From Klebsiella pneumoniae (GTDB lineage: Bacteria; Pseudomonadota; Gammaproteobacteria; Eutrophobiales; Eutrophobiaceae): DNA of 64,000 nt. The stretch lies in NCBI GenBank assembly GCA_945870865.1, contig CAMBTO010000001.1:79487-143486 (forward strand), written 5' to 3'. This document shows, in pieces, positions 51,405 through 62,151 of this stretch. A program made the translations under genes and the position numbers. Within the stretch, counting starts at the first letter, position 1. Each line of letters begins with the position of its first letter. The notes under the pieces are model-generated. The model was not told the origin of the DNA and ran no database searches. It saw only the letters and a program-made list of their open reading frames with translations.

Positions 51405-51674
51405 GTGCAGCACAAGGAAATCACCATCATCAACAAGCTGGGTTTGCATGCACGTGCTGCGGCAAAACTGGTACAAACTGCGTCCGCTTTTTCCAGCGAG
51501 ATATCCGTGGCGCATAATAGCAAGAAGGTAGGCGGTAAAAGTATCATGGGCATCATGATGCTTGCAGCCTCCCGTGGGACAACCCTGGAAATCATTACCG
51601 CCGGCACGGATGAACACGAAGCGATGCAGGCACTGGAAACCCTGATACTCGACCGGTTTGGCGAGGGCGAATGA
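51405..51674 (+). CDS. ptsO: phosphocarrier protein NPr (HPr-like)
   Basis: GTG start with an AGGAG RBS; active-site His15 context NKLGLHARAAAKLV. Confidence 0.85.
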   Translation: MQHKEITIINKLGLHARAAAKLVQTASAFSSEISVAHNSKKVGGKSIMGIMMLAASRGTTLEIITAGTDEHEAMQALETLILDRFGEGE

Positions 51675-51748
51675 TGTCCGGCCCGTCACAATCTTGCGAC
51701 AAATAATCTGGTCGTTTGACAAGTAACAACGCTAACCGGCAGTTCAGG

Positions 51749-52096
51749 CTACCATTCGAATAGTACCCACTGCGGCACCACGACATCATCACCCAACTTG
51801 CTGGTCCGAAACTCCATCATCCCGTCACCATCCCGATCCATCAGATAATAGGGCACGCCGGCGGATGGTGTAATCTTGACCATATACAACCTCCCGTTCA
51901 CCCTGTACTCCTCTACGGTCGAGTTCTCTTTCTGCAGAATAGTGACCTCGGGTTCTATCGGCTCTCCACTCTGCAACGGCTCGGGTATATCCGGCGGTGG
52001 AGGGACGGCATCGAGCGGGGCTTCGGTATTGTCCTGGGCAGACGCCATATTTGCGAGCACCAGAACCATAAACAGCGATAAGGCGAGTTTTTTCAT
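51749..52096 (-). CDS. DUF2782-family secreted protein
   Basis: Signal peptide MKKLALSLFMVLVLANMASA and a conserved C-terminal region (YRVNGRLYMVKITPS.G.PYYL.D.DGDG). Confidence 0.7.
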   Translation of the reverse strand: MKKLALSLFMVLVLANMASAQDNTEAPLDAVPPPPDIPEPLQSGEPIEPEVTILQKENSTVEEYRVNGRLYMVKITPSAGVPYYLMDRDGDGMMEFRTSKLGDDVVVPQWVLFEW

Positions 52097-52234
52097 TTCT
52101 TGTCCCTCTGTCCAAACTTTCGGTTAACCATCTATTTTTACAGCACTGGCCGCTTCAGTTCCGCCTTCATAATAGGTCAATATAGCGCTGACGACTTGAT
52201 GTGGATCATCTATCACTGTGATCAACCGCAGATC

Positions 52235-52828
52235 CTACGCTGTGAGCATATTTCCCGCCAGCATCCGGGTTCTGATCCAGCCGAGCAAGCATTGCCAGCG
52301 CTCACTGTTCATCAGGATTATCGGTATCCGCCTACTCTTCCCGGTTTGGGTGAGTGTAAGAATTTCCGCCAACTCGTCCAGTGTGCCAAAACCACCCGGA
52401 AACACTACGTAGGCACAGGCATATTTGACAAACATGACCTTGCGACTGAAAAAATGTCGAAAATTGAGCGACAGGTCCTGATATTTATTCGAAACTTGCT
52501 CGTGCGGCAAGGTGATATTCAGACCTACACTCTTCGACTTGCCGGCGTAAGCACCCTTGTTAAACGCCTCCATCATGCCGAGACCGCCCCCGGTGACCAC
52601 ACTGAATCCGGCATCGGACAACAATCTCGCCAGCCCTTATCCCTGTTTGTAATTATCATAATCGGGTGAGGTCCGCGTCGACCCAAACATACTGACAGAC
52701 GGCTGGATTCCGGCGAGTTTCTCATAGCCCTCGAGAAACTCTGCCATAATCTGGAAGACCTTCCAGGATTCGGCCGAGAGGTCAGCGCCGGTCACCGGAA
52801 GATGGGCAGAATCATGTTTCTCATTCAT
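52235..52828 (-). pseudogene. LOG-family (cytokinin riboside 5'-monophosphate phosphoribohydrolase / PpnN-like) gene interrupted by an in-frame TAA
   Basis: Two same-frame ORFs (52637..52828 and 52235..52624) are separated only by a TAA (plus-strand tta at 52637-52639). Read through it, the product is ...SPDYDNYKQG*GLARLLSDAGFSVVTGGGLGMMEA...PGGFGTLDE..., a complete LOG family fold. Confidence 0.7.
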
Positions 52829-52869
52829 AATAGGACTCCCATCCTGCTAATTTGATCTTTCAATAACTG

Positions 52870-55572
52870 ATGACACAACAAACTCTGGTCCTCGTTGACG
52901 GCTCCTACTATCTGTTCCGGGCCTATCATGCCATGCCGGCATTCACGAATTCGGCCGGGGAACCCACTGGCGCAATTTATGGTGTGCTCAATATGCTCCA
53001 TAAACTGCGTAATGATTACAACCCGGACTACTTTGCCGTGGTATTCGATGCGAAGGGAAAGAACTTTCGCAATGACTGGTATCCCGAATACAAGGCACAC
53101 CGACCTCCGGTACCGGAGGAGCTGACGGGCCAGATAGCCCCGCTGCATGAGATTATACACGCCGAAGGATATCCCCTGCTTGTCATTGATGATGTAGAGG
53201 CTGACGATGTGATTGCGACACTTGCCACCCGTGCGGCCGCCCACGGTATACGCACGATCATCTCGACCGGGGACAAGGATCTTGCCCAGATTGTGGATGA
53301 CAACATCAATCTGATCAACACAATGACCAACAAGCTGCTTGATCGTGCGGGTGTGATAGAAAAGTTCGGTGTACCGCCCGAGCGGATAGTGGACTATCTT
53401 ACCCTGGTCGGTGATACCGCAGATAACGTTCCGGGCGTTCCCAACGTTGGTCCGAAAACAGCGGCAAAATGGTTGGGGCTCTATGGCTCGCTTGATGATG
53501 TGATTCACAATGCCGGGCAAATCAGCGGCAAGGTCGGTGAAAACCTGCGTGCCAGCATCGACCAACTTGACCTCGGCAGGCGGCTGGTGACATTAAAACT
53601 GGATGTGGTGCTGGATCGGGAATTTGACAGCCTGCAGGTTTCGACTCCTGATTACGAGACGCTGGCCAGATGTTACAAACGTTGGGAGTTCCGGACCTGG
53701 CTCGCACAACTTCCGGGCAATAACGATAGTCCGACCAGACCGGTTTCGCCCGTCACCACGACCAGCGCCTGCTATGAAACCATCAATACGACCTCGGCGC
53801 TGGATAACTGGATAACCCGGCTGCAACAGGCGCCATTGTTTGCCTTCGACACCGAAACCACCAGCCTGAACTATATGAATGCCGAAATCGTCGGCCTCTC
53901 GTTTGCTATTGCGCCTGGCCATGCGGCCTATGTGCCCGTTGCGCATGATTACGCAGGGGCGCCGACCCAACTGCCCCGGCAGGTTGTGCTCGAAAAGCTG
54001 CGCCCGCTCCTGTGTTCGGCAGACCACCACAAGCTTGGCCATAACCTCAAATACGACCGGAATGTGCTGGGCAATTACGGAATTGACCTGGCCGGGATTC
54101 GCCATGATTCAATGTTACAGTCATATGTGCTGGACAGCACGGCCAGCCGTCATGATATGGACTCACTCGCCCTGAAATTGCTCGACTACAAGACCATTCA
54201 TTACGAGGACGTGGCAGGTAAGGGGGCCAAACAGGTGTGTTTTGATCAGGTCCCGGTAGAGACGGCGGCAACCTATGCTGCTGAGGACGCTGACATTACG
54301 CTGCAATTACATAACAAACAATGGCCGGTTTTGAGTGCGCAGGATAGCCAGAGACAGCTATATGAGCAAATAGAAATACCGCTGATCACCATCCTCTCCA
54401 ACATGGAACGGGCCGGTGTTCTGATTGATTCAAACATGCTTGCAAGCCAGGGCGCAGTGTTGTCGCTGCGCATGGAACAGATTGATGCCGAGGCACAACA
54501 GCTGGCCGGTGAGCCCTTCAATATCAGCTCACCGCGCCAGATCCAGACTATATTGTACGAAAAGATGGGGCTGCCGGTGCTGGAAAAAACACCGACCGGC
54601 CAGCCATCCACAGCCGAATCCGTACTGCAGGAGCTGGCGGCAGAACATGCCCTGCCGCAACTTATACTTGAGTATCGCGGCATGAGTAAACTGAAGTCCA
54701 CCTATACCGACCGCCTCCCCGAACAGATAAATGCCAGCACTGGCAGGGTGCATACGTCCTATCACCAGGCCGTCGCATCCACCGGGCGCCTCTCCTCATC
54801 AGACCCCAACCTGCAAAACATTCCGGTCCGTTCTGCAGAAGGCAGGAAAATCCGGCAGGCGTTCATCGCCCCGCCTGGCTGGGTACTGGTCGCTGCAGAC
54901 TATTCACAGATCGAACTGCGTATCATGGCGCACCTGTCAGGTGACCCGGCGCTGCTCGCCGCTTTTTCGCGAAACGAGGACATCCACAAGGCCACTGCGG
55001 CGGAAATTTTTGGTCTCGATCCGTTTGCAGTGAACAACGAGCAACGCCGGTCGGCCAAGGCCATCAATTTCGGCCTAATCTACGGCATGTCTGCCTTTGG
55101 GCTGGCACGCCAGCTGTGCATAGAACGGGACAAGGCGCGGATCTGGGTCGATCGATATTTCGAACGTTACCCCGCCGTAAAAAACTATATGGACCGGACC
55201 CGGACCCAGGCAAAACAGGACGGTTTTGTGGAGACGGTATTCAAGCGCAGACTGTATTTACCTGAAATCAATTCCCGCAATGCAGCACGTCGCCAGTATG
55301 CAGAGCGAACAGCTATCAATGCGCCCATGCAAGGTACAGCCGCTGACATTATCAAGCGAGCAATGATCGACATAGACCGTCATATCTTGTCGGTTTCTGA
55401 CCATATCCGCATGATTATGCAGGTTCATGACGAGCTGGTTTTCGAGATAAAACAGGAGCATGTTGAAGTGCTGGTCCCTGAGATCAGGAAAATTATGTCT
55501 ACGGTTCCCGAGCTGGATGTACCGGTACTGGTTGAAATCGGCATGGGCCAAAACTGGGATGAAGCACATTAA
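52870..55572 (+). CDS. polA: DNA polymerase I
   Basis: 900 aa; 5'-3' exonuclease N-terminus (LVDGSYYLFRAYHA), 3'-5' exonuclease motifs, and polymerase motifs A, B and C (DYSQIELR; RRSAKAINFGLIYG; VHDE). Confidence 0.95.
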   Translation: MTQQTLVLVDGSYYLFRAYHAMPAFTNSAGEPTGAIYGVLNMLHKLRNDYNPDYFAVVFDAKGKNFRNDWYPEYKAHRPPVPEELTGQIAPLHEIIHAEGYPLLVIDDVEADDVIATLATRAAAHGIRTIISTGDKDLAQIVDDNINLINTMTNKLLDRAGVIEKFGVPPERIVDYLTLVGDTADNVPGVPNVGPKTAAKWLGLYGSLDDVIHNAGQISGKVGENLRASIDQLDLGRRLVTLKLDVVLDREFDSLQVSTPDYETLARCYKRWEFRTWLAQLPGNNDSPTRPVSPVTTTSACYETINTTSALDNWITRLQQAPLFAFDTETTSLNYMNAEIVGLSFAIAPGHAAYVPVAHDYAGAPTQLPRQVVLEKLRPLLCSADHHKLGHNLKYDRNVLGNYGIDLAGIRHDSMLQSYVLDSTASRHDMDSLALKLLDYKTIHYEDVAGKGAKQVCFDQVPVETAATYAAEDADITLQLHNKQWPVLSAQDSQRQLYEQIEIPLITILSNMERAGVLIDSNMLASQGAVLSLRMEQIDAEAQQLAGEPFNISSPRQIQTILYEKMGLPVLEKTPTGQPSTAESVLQELAAEHALPQLILEYRGMSKLKSTYTDRLPEQINASTGRVHTSYHQAVASTGRLSSSDPNLQNIPVRSAEGRKIRQAFIAPPGWVLVAADYSQIELRIMAHLSGDPALLAAFSRNEDIHKATAAEIFGLDPFAVNNEQRRSAKAINFGLIYGMSAFGLARQLCIERDKARIWVDRYFERYPAVKNYMDRTRTQAKQDGFVETVFKRRLYLPEINSRNAARRQYAERTAINAPMQGTAADIIKRAMIDIDRHILSVSDHIRMIMQVHDELVFEIKQEHVEVLVPEIRKIMSTVPELDVPVLVEIGMGQNWDEAH

Positions 55573-55713
55573 AATGTGCCGGAATCTATCTATTAAAAAA
55601 ATTTTCAGGCTTAGCTGTTACTATGCTAACATTTAGAAAAGTACACCCGTAATCTGGGGCTTATAAATCTTTAACACTATCTGAAAACTGTTCAAGATCA
55701 TCAGGAATCACCC

Positions 55714-56457
55714 GTGTTGTTAATACCCGCAATCGATATCAAGGACGGAAAATGTGTCCGTCTTCGTCAAGGACGCATGGACGATGAAACCGTCTATGGC
55801 AATAGCCCGCTGGACGTGGCCGCAAGATGGGTACAGGAAGGCGCCAGACGTTTGCATATAGTGGACCTGAACGGTGCGGTCTCCGGTAAACCCGGTAATG
55901 CGGACATCATCCATAACATTGCCGAGACCTTCCCGGACATTATCCTGCAAGTCGGTGGCGGCATACGCCATGAGGATACTATCCAGACCTATCTGGATGC
56001 AGGCGTAAATTACGTTATTATCGGCACCCGCGCTGTAACCACACCGCATTTTGTTTCAGATGTATGCCTGGAATTCCCTGGACATGTAATCGTCGGCTTG
56101 GATGCGCGTGACGGCAAACTGGCAACAGAAGGCTGGTCCAAGCTGTCAAACCATGATGTGGTAGATCTGGGGCGCCGGTTTGAAGACGACGGCGTAGTCT
56201 CAATCATTTTTACCGATATCGGACGTGACGGTATGATGAACGCTGTCAATATTGAAGCCACACTGAACCTGTGTCGCCAGATAACCATTCCGGTAATTGC
56301 CTCAGGCGGTATCGGTAGCATGGAGGATATCAAGGCGCTTTGCGCCATTGCCTCCGAAGGGATAGAAGGAGCGATAACGGGGCGGGCCATATATGAAGGT
56401 GCTCTCGACTTTGCTGAAGCACAAAAATACATAAATGCACATTACAAAAAAACCTGA
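55714..56457 (+). CDS. hisA: 1-(5-phosphoribosyl)-5-[(5-phosphoribosylamino)methylideneamino]imidazole-4-carboxamide isomerase
   Basis: GTG start; [15 protein letters not shown]...VDLNGA...GGGIR... Confidence 0.92.
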   Translation: MLLIPAIDIKDGKCVRLRQGRMDDETVYGNSPLDVAARWVQEGARRLHIVDLNGAVSGKPGNADIIHNIAETFPDIILQVGGGIRHEDTIQTYLDAGVNYVIIGTRAVTTPHFVSDVCLEFPGHVIVGLDARDGKLATEGWSKLSNHDVVDLGRRFEDDGVVSIIFTDIGRDGMMNAVNIEATLNLCRQITIPVIASGGIGSMEDIKALCAIASEGIEGAITGRAIYEGALDFAEAQKYINAHYKKT

Positions 56458-56466
56458 TTTGGCCAC

Positions 56467-57240
56467 ATGAGTCTGGCAAAACGGGTTATTCCCTGCCTGG
56501 ATGTAGATGCCGGCAGGGTAGTCAAAGGGGTTCGATTTGTTGATATATGCGATGCCGGCGACCCCGTTGAAATAGCCCGACGCTACGACGAACAGGGTGC
56601 CGATGAAATTACCTTCCTTGATATAACCGCCAGTAGTGATAATCGCTCCACCATGGTTCAACTAGTTGAGGCCGTCGCTGGTCAGGTATTTATCCCGCTG
56701 ACCGTCGGTGGCGGTATCCGTACCATTGAAGATATCCGCCGGATGCTTATTGCCGGCGCGGACAAGGTCAGTATCAACTCCGCCGCGATACAGACCCCGG
56801 AGTTTGTCCGGCAGGCATCTCGTGAGTTTGGCGCACAGTGTATAGTCGTGGCCATTGATGCAAAACAGACCGGTTCCAATCCGACGCAGCCATACTGGGA
56901 AGTATTCACCCACGGTGGCAGACGTAATACCGGCATCAATGCGATTGAATGGGCCATCCAGGCTGAACAACTGGGCGCAGGTGAAATCCTGCTAACCAGC
57001 ATGGACCGCGACGGTACCCGTAATGGCTTTGATCTGGCGCTGACCAGCGCGGTCAGCCGTGCTGTTTCCATACCGGTAATCGCCTCGGGAGGTGTCGGCA
57101 ATCTGCAGCATCTGGTCGACGGAATTCTTGAGGGCCAGGCGGATGCCGTACTCGCGGCCAGTATCTTTCATTTCGGTGAACACACGATAAAAGAGGCGAA
57201 AACGCTGATGGCTAGACATTCCATCGCGGTGCGATTGTAA
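56467..57240 (+). CDS. hisF: imidazole glycerol phosphate synthase cyclase subunit
   Basis: [17 protein letters not shown]...GDP...A..Y...GADE..FLDI.AS... Confidence 0.93.
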   Translation: MSLAKRVIPCLDVDAGRVVKGVRFVDICDAGDPVEIARRYDEQGADEITFLDITASSDNRSTMVQLVEAVAGQVFIPLTVGGGIRTIEDIRRMLIAGADKVSINSAAIQTPEFVRQASREFGAQCIVVAIDAKQTGSNPTQPYWEVFTHGGRRNTGINAIEWAIQAEQLGAGEILLTSMDRDGTRNGFDLALTSAVSRAVSIPVIASGGVGNLQHLVDGILEGQADAVLAASIFHFGEHTIKEAKTLMARHSIAVRL

Positions 57241-57242
57241 AC

Positions 57243-57641
57243 ATGAATTATCCGGAATGGATTAACGCTATAAAATGGGGCGGTGACGGCCTGGTACCTG
57301 CGGTTGCCCAGGATTACCAGACCGGCACCTTGCTAACCCAGGCCTGGATGAACCGTGAGGCCCTGGAAAAAACCTTGCAGCTGAGTCGTGCCGTATACTG
57401 GTCGCGTTCACGGAAGCAGCTCTGGATCAAGGGCGAGGTCTCCGGTCACGTTCAGGAAGTCAGCGAGATCCGGACCGACTGCGACAGGGATACCATCCTG
57501 TTGCTGGTGAAACAGGTCGGCGGTATTGCCTGTCATACTGGTCGCTACAGCTGTTTTTTTAATCGGCTGGAAAACGGGCGCTGGGTAGAGGTTGAGCCGG
57601 TCATTCGTGAGCCGGAGCAGATTTACGGCCAGCACGAATAA
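57243..57641 (+). CDS. hisI: phosphoribosyl-AMP cyclohydrolase
   Basis: GLVPAVAQD...G.LLT.AWMN.EAL..T...YWSRSR..LW.KGE.SGH.Q.V..I..DCD.D. Confidence 0.9.
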   Translation: MNYPEWINAIKWGGDGLVPAVAQDYQTGTLLTQAWMNREALEKTLQLSRAVYWSRSRKQLWIKGEVSGHVQEVSEIRTDCDRDTILLLVKQVGGIACHTGRYSCFFNRLENGRWVEVEPVIREPEQIYGQHE

Positions 57642-57663
57642 TACTGACTGGAAGCGAATAGCT

Positions 57664-57990
57664 ATGACAACGACACTCGACAAAATCAGTGCTGTACTGG
57701 AACAAAGGAAACAGGGCGATCCTGAATCCTCCTATGTTTCCAGTCTGTATCATCGCGGAACCGACGCAATCCTGAAAAAAATAGGTGAGGAGGCGACCGA
57801 GGTCATTATTGCCGCAAAAAACCCTGATAAACAGGCAGTTATTCATGAAATGGCAGACCTCTGGTTTCACTCGTTGATCCTGTTAAGTGCGCTGGATCTG
57901 AAACCGTCAGACATACTGGCAGAGCTGGATCGAAGGTCTGGTGTTTCCGGTCTGAAAGAAAAGCAGAATCGCCAAAAGAAACAGGTATAA
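57664..57990 (+). CDS. hisE: phosphoribosyl-ATP pyrophosphatase
   Basis: MTTTLDKISAVLEQRKQGDPESSYVSSLYH.G.D.ILKKIGEEATEVIIAAKN: the MazG-like HisE family. This start is chosen within the longer ORF-track call. Confidence 0.9.
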   Translation: MTTTLDKISAVLEQRKQGDPESSYVSSLYHRGTDAILKKIGEEATEVIIAAKNPDKQAVIHEMADLWFHSLILLSALDLKPSDILAELDRRSGVSGLKEKQNRQKKQV

Positions 57991-58029
57991 TCTGATACTT
58001 GCCATTCTGGAGTGATTTGGAGGAAATTT

Positions 58030-58266
58030 ATGGGAATCAGCATTCCACAACTACTGATAATTCTGTTGATCACAGCCCTGTTGTTCGGCACAAAAAAGCT
58101 GAAAAATATAGGCAGCGATCTGGGTTCCGCACTGAAAGGATTCAAGAAGGCCATGCTTGATGATGAGCACGTATCCGCCGATACTGAAACCGGCAAGTTG
58201 CAGGACAAGGTGAACGACACCGCTCAAGAAACAAGTCAGACCCGTAAAAACGAGGAACAGGTTTGA
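58030..58266 (+). CDS. tatA: twin-arginine translocase subunit TatA
   Basis: [32 protein letters not shown]; a GGAGG RBS lies 8 nt upstream. Confidence 0.9.
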   Translation: MGISIPQLLIILLITALLFGTKKLKNIGSDLGSALKGFKKAMLDDEHVSADTETGKLQDKVNDTAQETSQTRKNEEQV

Positions 58267-58347
58267 TCGCAGTGTCTGCTTTTTCCTTGCCTGTAAAACC
58301 CGCATTACCCTGCAGACAGCGTCTTATAGCCTGACGGATCATCGCCA

Positions 58348-58647
58348 TTGTTTGATATCAGTTTCTGGGAGCTTGCCGTAGTCGGTGTCATTGCCTTGCT
58401 TGTTGTCGGGCCTGAAAAGCTTCCTGTGCTGGTGCGTGATGTCAGTAAATGGGCGCGGAAAATCCGTCGCATCGTCACTGAAACACGCTATGAACTTGAG
58501 CGTGAGTTTGATTTTGAGGAAGAGCGTCGCAAACTGAACAGCCAGAAACGAAACCTGCGCGGCGCAATCGACGAACTGGACGAGCTGATGGAGATCGCCC
58601 CTGACAAGGACCCTGACAATAAAAAAAAGCAGGACCTGCCAGGATAA
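58348..58647 (+). CDS. tatB: twin-arginine translocase subunit TatB
   Basis: MFDISFWELAVVGVIALLVVGPEKLP..VR. Confidence 0.85.
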   Translation: MFDISFWELAVVGVIALLVVGPEKLPVLVRDVSKWARKIRRIVTETRYELEREFDFEEERRKLNSQKRNLRGAIDELDELMEIAPDKDPDNKKKQDLPG

Positions 58648-58660
58648 GTGAACCAGTTCC

Positions 58661-59425
58661 ATGAGCCAGGACGACCAAACCACGCAGCCGGAGTCAGACC
58701 ATGAACAGCCTTTAATATCCCATCTGGCTGAGCTGAGGACCCGGCTGATAAACGCCTTGCTGGGTGTTACCGTGGTTTTCCTGTGTCTGGCACCCTTCTC
58801 CACTGAAATCTATCACTTCATTGCTACACCGTTGATCAGCAAACTACCGGCGGGTACCAACATGATTGCAACCGAGGTAGCCTCCCCGTTTCTGGTCCCG
58901 TTCAAACTGACCATGTATGCCGCTGTATTTATCACGATGCCATACCTGCTCTACCAGATATGGTCATTTATTGCCCCCGGGCTGTATAAAACCGAAAAGC
59001 GTTTCGCCATCCCGTTGCTGGCATCCAGCATACTCCTGTTCTATGCAGGAACAGCCTTTGCCTACTTCGTCGTATTTCCGCTGGTTTTTGCCTTTTTTGC
59101 CTCGGTTACACCGGAAGGCGTAGCCATGATGACCGACATTAGTCATTATCTCGATTTTATCCTGAAGATGTTTTTTTCTTTCGGTCTGGCATTTGAGGTC
59201 CCGATTGCCACCATCTTACTGGTAGCAACGGGCATGGCCACGGTTGAAGGTATGAAGGAAAAACGTCCCTATATCATCATCGGCGCCTTTGTTATAGGCA
59301 TGATACTGACCCCGCCGGACGTGTTGTCCCAGTTTTTACTCGCTACACCGATGCTGGTGCTGTTTGAACTGGGGCTATATTTCAGCCGTTATTTTGTCAC
59401 GGACAAAAAACAGGAAGACAACTGA
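58661..59425 (+). CDS. tatC: twin-arginine translocase subunit TatC
   Basis: PLISHLAELRTRLI...; six TM helices. Confidence 0.9.
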   Translation: MSQDDQTTQPESDHEQPLISHLAELRTRLINALLGVTVVFLCLAPFSTEIYHFIATPLISKLPAGTNMIATEVASPFLVPFKLTMYAAVFITMPYLLYQIWSFIAPGLYKTEKRFAIPLLASSILLFYAGTAFAYFVVFPLVFAFFASVTPEGVAMMTDISHYLDFILKMFFSFGLAFEVPIATILLVATGMATVEGMKEKRPYIIIGAFVIGMILTPPDVLSQFLLATPMLVLFELGLYFSRYFVTDKKQEDN

Positions 59426-59441
59426 GCGCCCGCGTGTCGGC

Positions 59442-59870
59442 CTATCCCTGTCTCCATGGTAGACAATGATATCGCCAGCCGTTCAGGTTTCCCCGCGGCC
59501 CACTCGCATCCAGATCACCCTCAACTCCCCCGGCAAGATTAATCACCGAGACAAATCCGTTTTCTGCCAGGCAGATTGCGGCCGCCAGAGAACGTTTACC
59601 ACTCCGGCACATGGCCAGGATCGTCATCTGCTCCGGCGGAACAACACGGCCAGGCATGGCCTCAAGGGTCTGGCGTACCTTGCTGACAAACCCGGGGTCT
59701 ATCTTCCATTCAGGAAGTTCCTGCCAGGCTATATTAATAGCCGATACGGGATGGCCCACATATTCAAATTCGAATCGCGAACGCACATCGAGTAAAACAG
59801 CTGATTTGTCCACGTGTAGCCGTTCGAACGCCTGCGGCGGGTTAATTTCATTTATCTGGTTGCTGGGCAT
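59442..59870 (-). CDS. single-domain rhodanese-like sulfurtransferase
   Basis: Rhodanese fold with active-site loop CRSGKRS and an upstream LLDVRS.FEF..GH motif. Confidence 0.8.
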   Translation of the reverse strand: MPSNQINEINPPQAFERLHVDKSAVLLDVRSRFEFEYVGHPVSAINIAWQELPEWKIDPGFVSKVRQTLEAMPGRVVPPEQMTILAMCRSGKRSLAAAICLAENGFVSVINLAGGVEGDLDASGPRGNLNGWRYHCLPWRQG

Positions 59871-60057
59871 ATGATTGCGGTTTGTATCCGGCCTTATCTG
59901 CTGGCAATTTCTGCATTATGCCAGTCATGCTGGCAAATAAAAACTGCCGCTACCGGCAATACTCCGTATCAAACATGTTAATCACAATGGCAGAATCCGG
60001 CCAAATGTGGTGCAATAAGCGTTTTCAGATTAATGACAGACCACAGGAGATTAAACG

Positions 60058-60978
60058 ATGTCGATGGATGACCGTGATGGTGTCATCTGGCTGGACGGCA
60101 AATTATTGCCCTGGCGTGATGCAAAGGTCCATGTACTGACCCACACTCTGCATTATGGCATGGGAGTATTTGAAGGCATCCGTGCCTACAGGAGCGCCAA
60201 CGGAACAGCGGTGTTCCGATTGGGCGAGCATTTGGACCGTTTATTTAATTCTGCGCACATCATGCGCATGCCGATGCCGTTCCCGAAACCGGAGGTTCGT
60301 CAGGCAATCCTGGATGTGTTGCGGGACAACAAACTCGCCTCGGCCTATATCAGACCCGTCTGTTTTTATGGCTCTGAAGGCATGGGGCTGCGCGCTGATA
60401 ATCTGAAAACCCATGTTGCAGTTGCTGCGTGGGAATGGGGCGCGTATCTGGGCCCCGAGGCCCTTGAGAAAGGTATCCGTATCAAGACATCTTCCTACAC
60501 GCGTCATCATGTAAATATATCAATGTGCAAGGCCAAGGCCAACGGTCACTACATCAACTCCATGCTGGCATTCCAGGAAGCGCATGAAAATGGTTACGAT
60601 GAGGCCATGTTGCTCGATAGCGACGGTTATGTTGCGGAAGGCAGCGCGGAAAATATCTTCATCGTCCGAAATGGCATCCTCTATACGCCTGATCTTACCT
60701 CCGCGCTCGAAGGCATCACCCGTGACAGTATTGTTGAGCTGGCCGGCAAATGTGGCTATACGGTCAGGGAAAAACGTATAACCCGTGATGAAGTCTATAT
60801 CGCAGATGAGGCATTTTTCACCGGAACCGCTGCCGAGGTAACGCCGATACGAGAGGTCGACAACCGTACGATAGGGGCCGGGACCCGCGGCCCGGTTACG
60901 ACCAGATTGCAGTCCCTCTACCTTGACTGTGTGAACGGCCGCAGCAAGGAACACATGGGCTGGTTGACTTTTGTATAA
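60058..60978 (+). CDS. ilvE: branched-chain amino acid aminotransferase
   Basis: PLP fold type IV: IWLDGKLLPWRDAKVHVLTHTLHYGMGVFEGIRAY..., with catalytic Lys context and an E..GSAENIF motif. Confidence 0.9.
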   Translation: MSMDDRDGVIWLDGKLLPWRDAKVHVLTHTLHYGMGVFEGIRAYRSANGTAVFRLGEHLDRLFNSAHIMRMPMPFPKPEVRQAILDVLRDNKLASAYIRPVCFYGSEGMGLRADNLKTHVAVAAWEWGAYLGPEALEKGIRIKTSSYTRHHVNISMCKAKANGHYINSMLAFQEAHENGYDEAMLLDSDGYVAEGSAENIFIVRNGILYTPDLTSALEGITRDSIVELAGKCGYTVREKRITRDEVYIADEAFFTGTAAEVTPIREVDNRTIGAGTRGPVTTRLQSLYLDCVNGRSKEHMGWLTFV

Positions 60979-60999
60979 TCAATTCGGGTAATTACTGAT

Positions 61000-61197
61000 A
61001 TGGCTACCAGCTTGAAGGGCGAGAAAACGCCTAATGACAGGAGCACCTACGAAATCCGGCGCGGGGATCTCCCCCTGCATTGCCCGTTGCCGGAAATGAG
61101 CCTGTGGGACTCTCATCCCCGGGTTTACCTGCCGATTGAAAATACCGGCAAGGCGAAGTGTCCCTATTGCGGTACGGATTTTGTCCTGAAGGAATAA
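61000..61197 (+). CDS. small zinc-finger (zf-CHCC-like) protein
   Basis: 65 aa; ...LHCPLPEMSLWDSHPRVYLPI...AKCPYCGTDFVL: a C/H...CxxC pattern. Confidence 0.5.
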   Translation: MATSLKGEKTPNDRSTYEIRRGDLPLHCPLPEMSLWDSHPRVYLPIENTGKAKCPYCGTDFVLKE

Positions 61198-61209
61198 TCG
61201 GTTCCCGGT

Positions 61210-62151
61210 TTGAGCGTCCATCACAAGCCCATTAGCCTCTGGCGTATCTCCGATGGCAAGGCCGGACACGATGCCCAGAGCCTCGGGCTGACAACCGCGC
61301 TTGCCCGAATCGTAGGCTGTGAAATTTACGACATCCGTGTCGCACCACAAGCCGGGTACTGGTCTACCCTTTTGGGCCCGGTGCCAGACGCTACGCGCGA
61401 GCTGCCTGACCCGGACCTAATTATCGGCGCGGGACACAGGACGCATCTGCCGATGTTGAGGGCAAGACGTGCTCGCGGCGGACATATTATCATTATTATG
61501 AAACCTACGCTGCCCACCCGCTGGTTCGATCTCTGTTTTATCCCTGAACACGACCATCCACCTGACCAGACGAATATTAAAACAACAAAGGGAGCCATTA
61601 ACACTATCGTTCCGTCCCCTGTCTGTGATCCGGACAAAGGCCTGATTCTGATAGGCGGTCCGTCACGACATTACCGGTGGGATGAAAACAGGCTACTTTT
61701 GCAACTGCTGCATATTGCAGAGAGGTCCTCCATACGCTGGGAGGTGACCGATTCCCCGCGGACGCCGGACTCTACCCGAGTGCGACTGTCAAAAACTGTC
61801 AGCAATAATCTGGTTTTTACCCCGTATCACAAGACTCCACGCGACTGGGTTGGCGCACATCTACATACCTGCGGACAGGTCTGGGTGACAGAAGACAGTG
61901 TTTCCATGCTGTATGAAGCGCTGTCTTCCGGTAGTGCCGTCGGGCTGCTGGATGTGCCTGCCAGAAAAAACACTGGTCGTGTTACAATAGCCACGCGTCA
62001 CCTGGCAGATGAAGGCCTGATTACTACCTATGATCAATGGGCCTCAACTGGTTCGCTGAAACCTCCGGCAGCACCTTTGTATGAAGCCGACCGCTGTGCC
62101 CGAATTGTGGCAGAAAAATTTGTGCTACCTCTGCAGCAGTCTTTCGCATGA
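61210..62151 (+). CDS. ELM1/DUF1022-like protein (GT-B-like, LPS-core associated)
   Basis: 313 aa with an N-terminal ISDGKAGH.(Q)..GL motif. It is co-transcribed (4-bp overlap) with a GT4 glycosyltransferase and followed by an O-antigen-ligase-like gene. Confidence 0.6.
   Translation: MSVHHKPISLWRISDGKAGHDAQSLGLTTALARIVGCEIYDIRVAPQAGYWSTLLGPVPDATRELPDPDLIIGAGHRTHLPMLRARRARGGHIIIIMKPTLPTRWFDLCFIPEHDHPPDQTNIKTTKGAINTIVPSPVCDPDKGLILIGGPSRHYRWDENRLLLQLLHIAERSSIRWEVTDSPRTPDSTRVRLSKTVSNNLVFTPYHKTPRDWVGAHLHTCGQVWVTEDSVSMLYEALSSGSAVGLLDVPARKNTGRVTIATRHLADEGLITTYDQWASTGSLKPPAAPLYEADRCARIVAEKFVLPLQQSFA

Noticed and set aside
52825-53565. 246-aa minus-strand ORF
   Set aside because: It lies entirely antisense within polA, whose plus-strand product has unambiguous Pol I motifs. 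It is a spurious shadow ORF.
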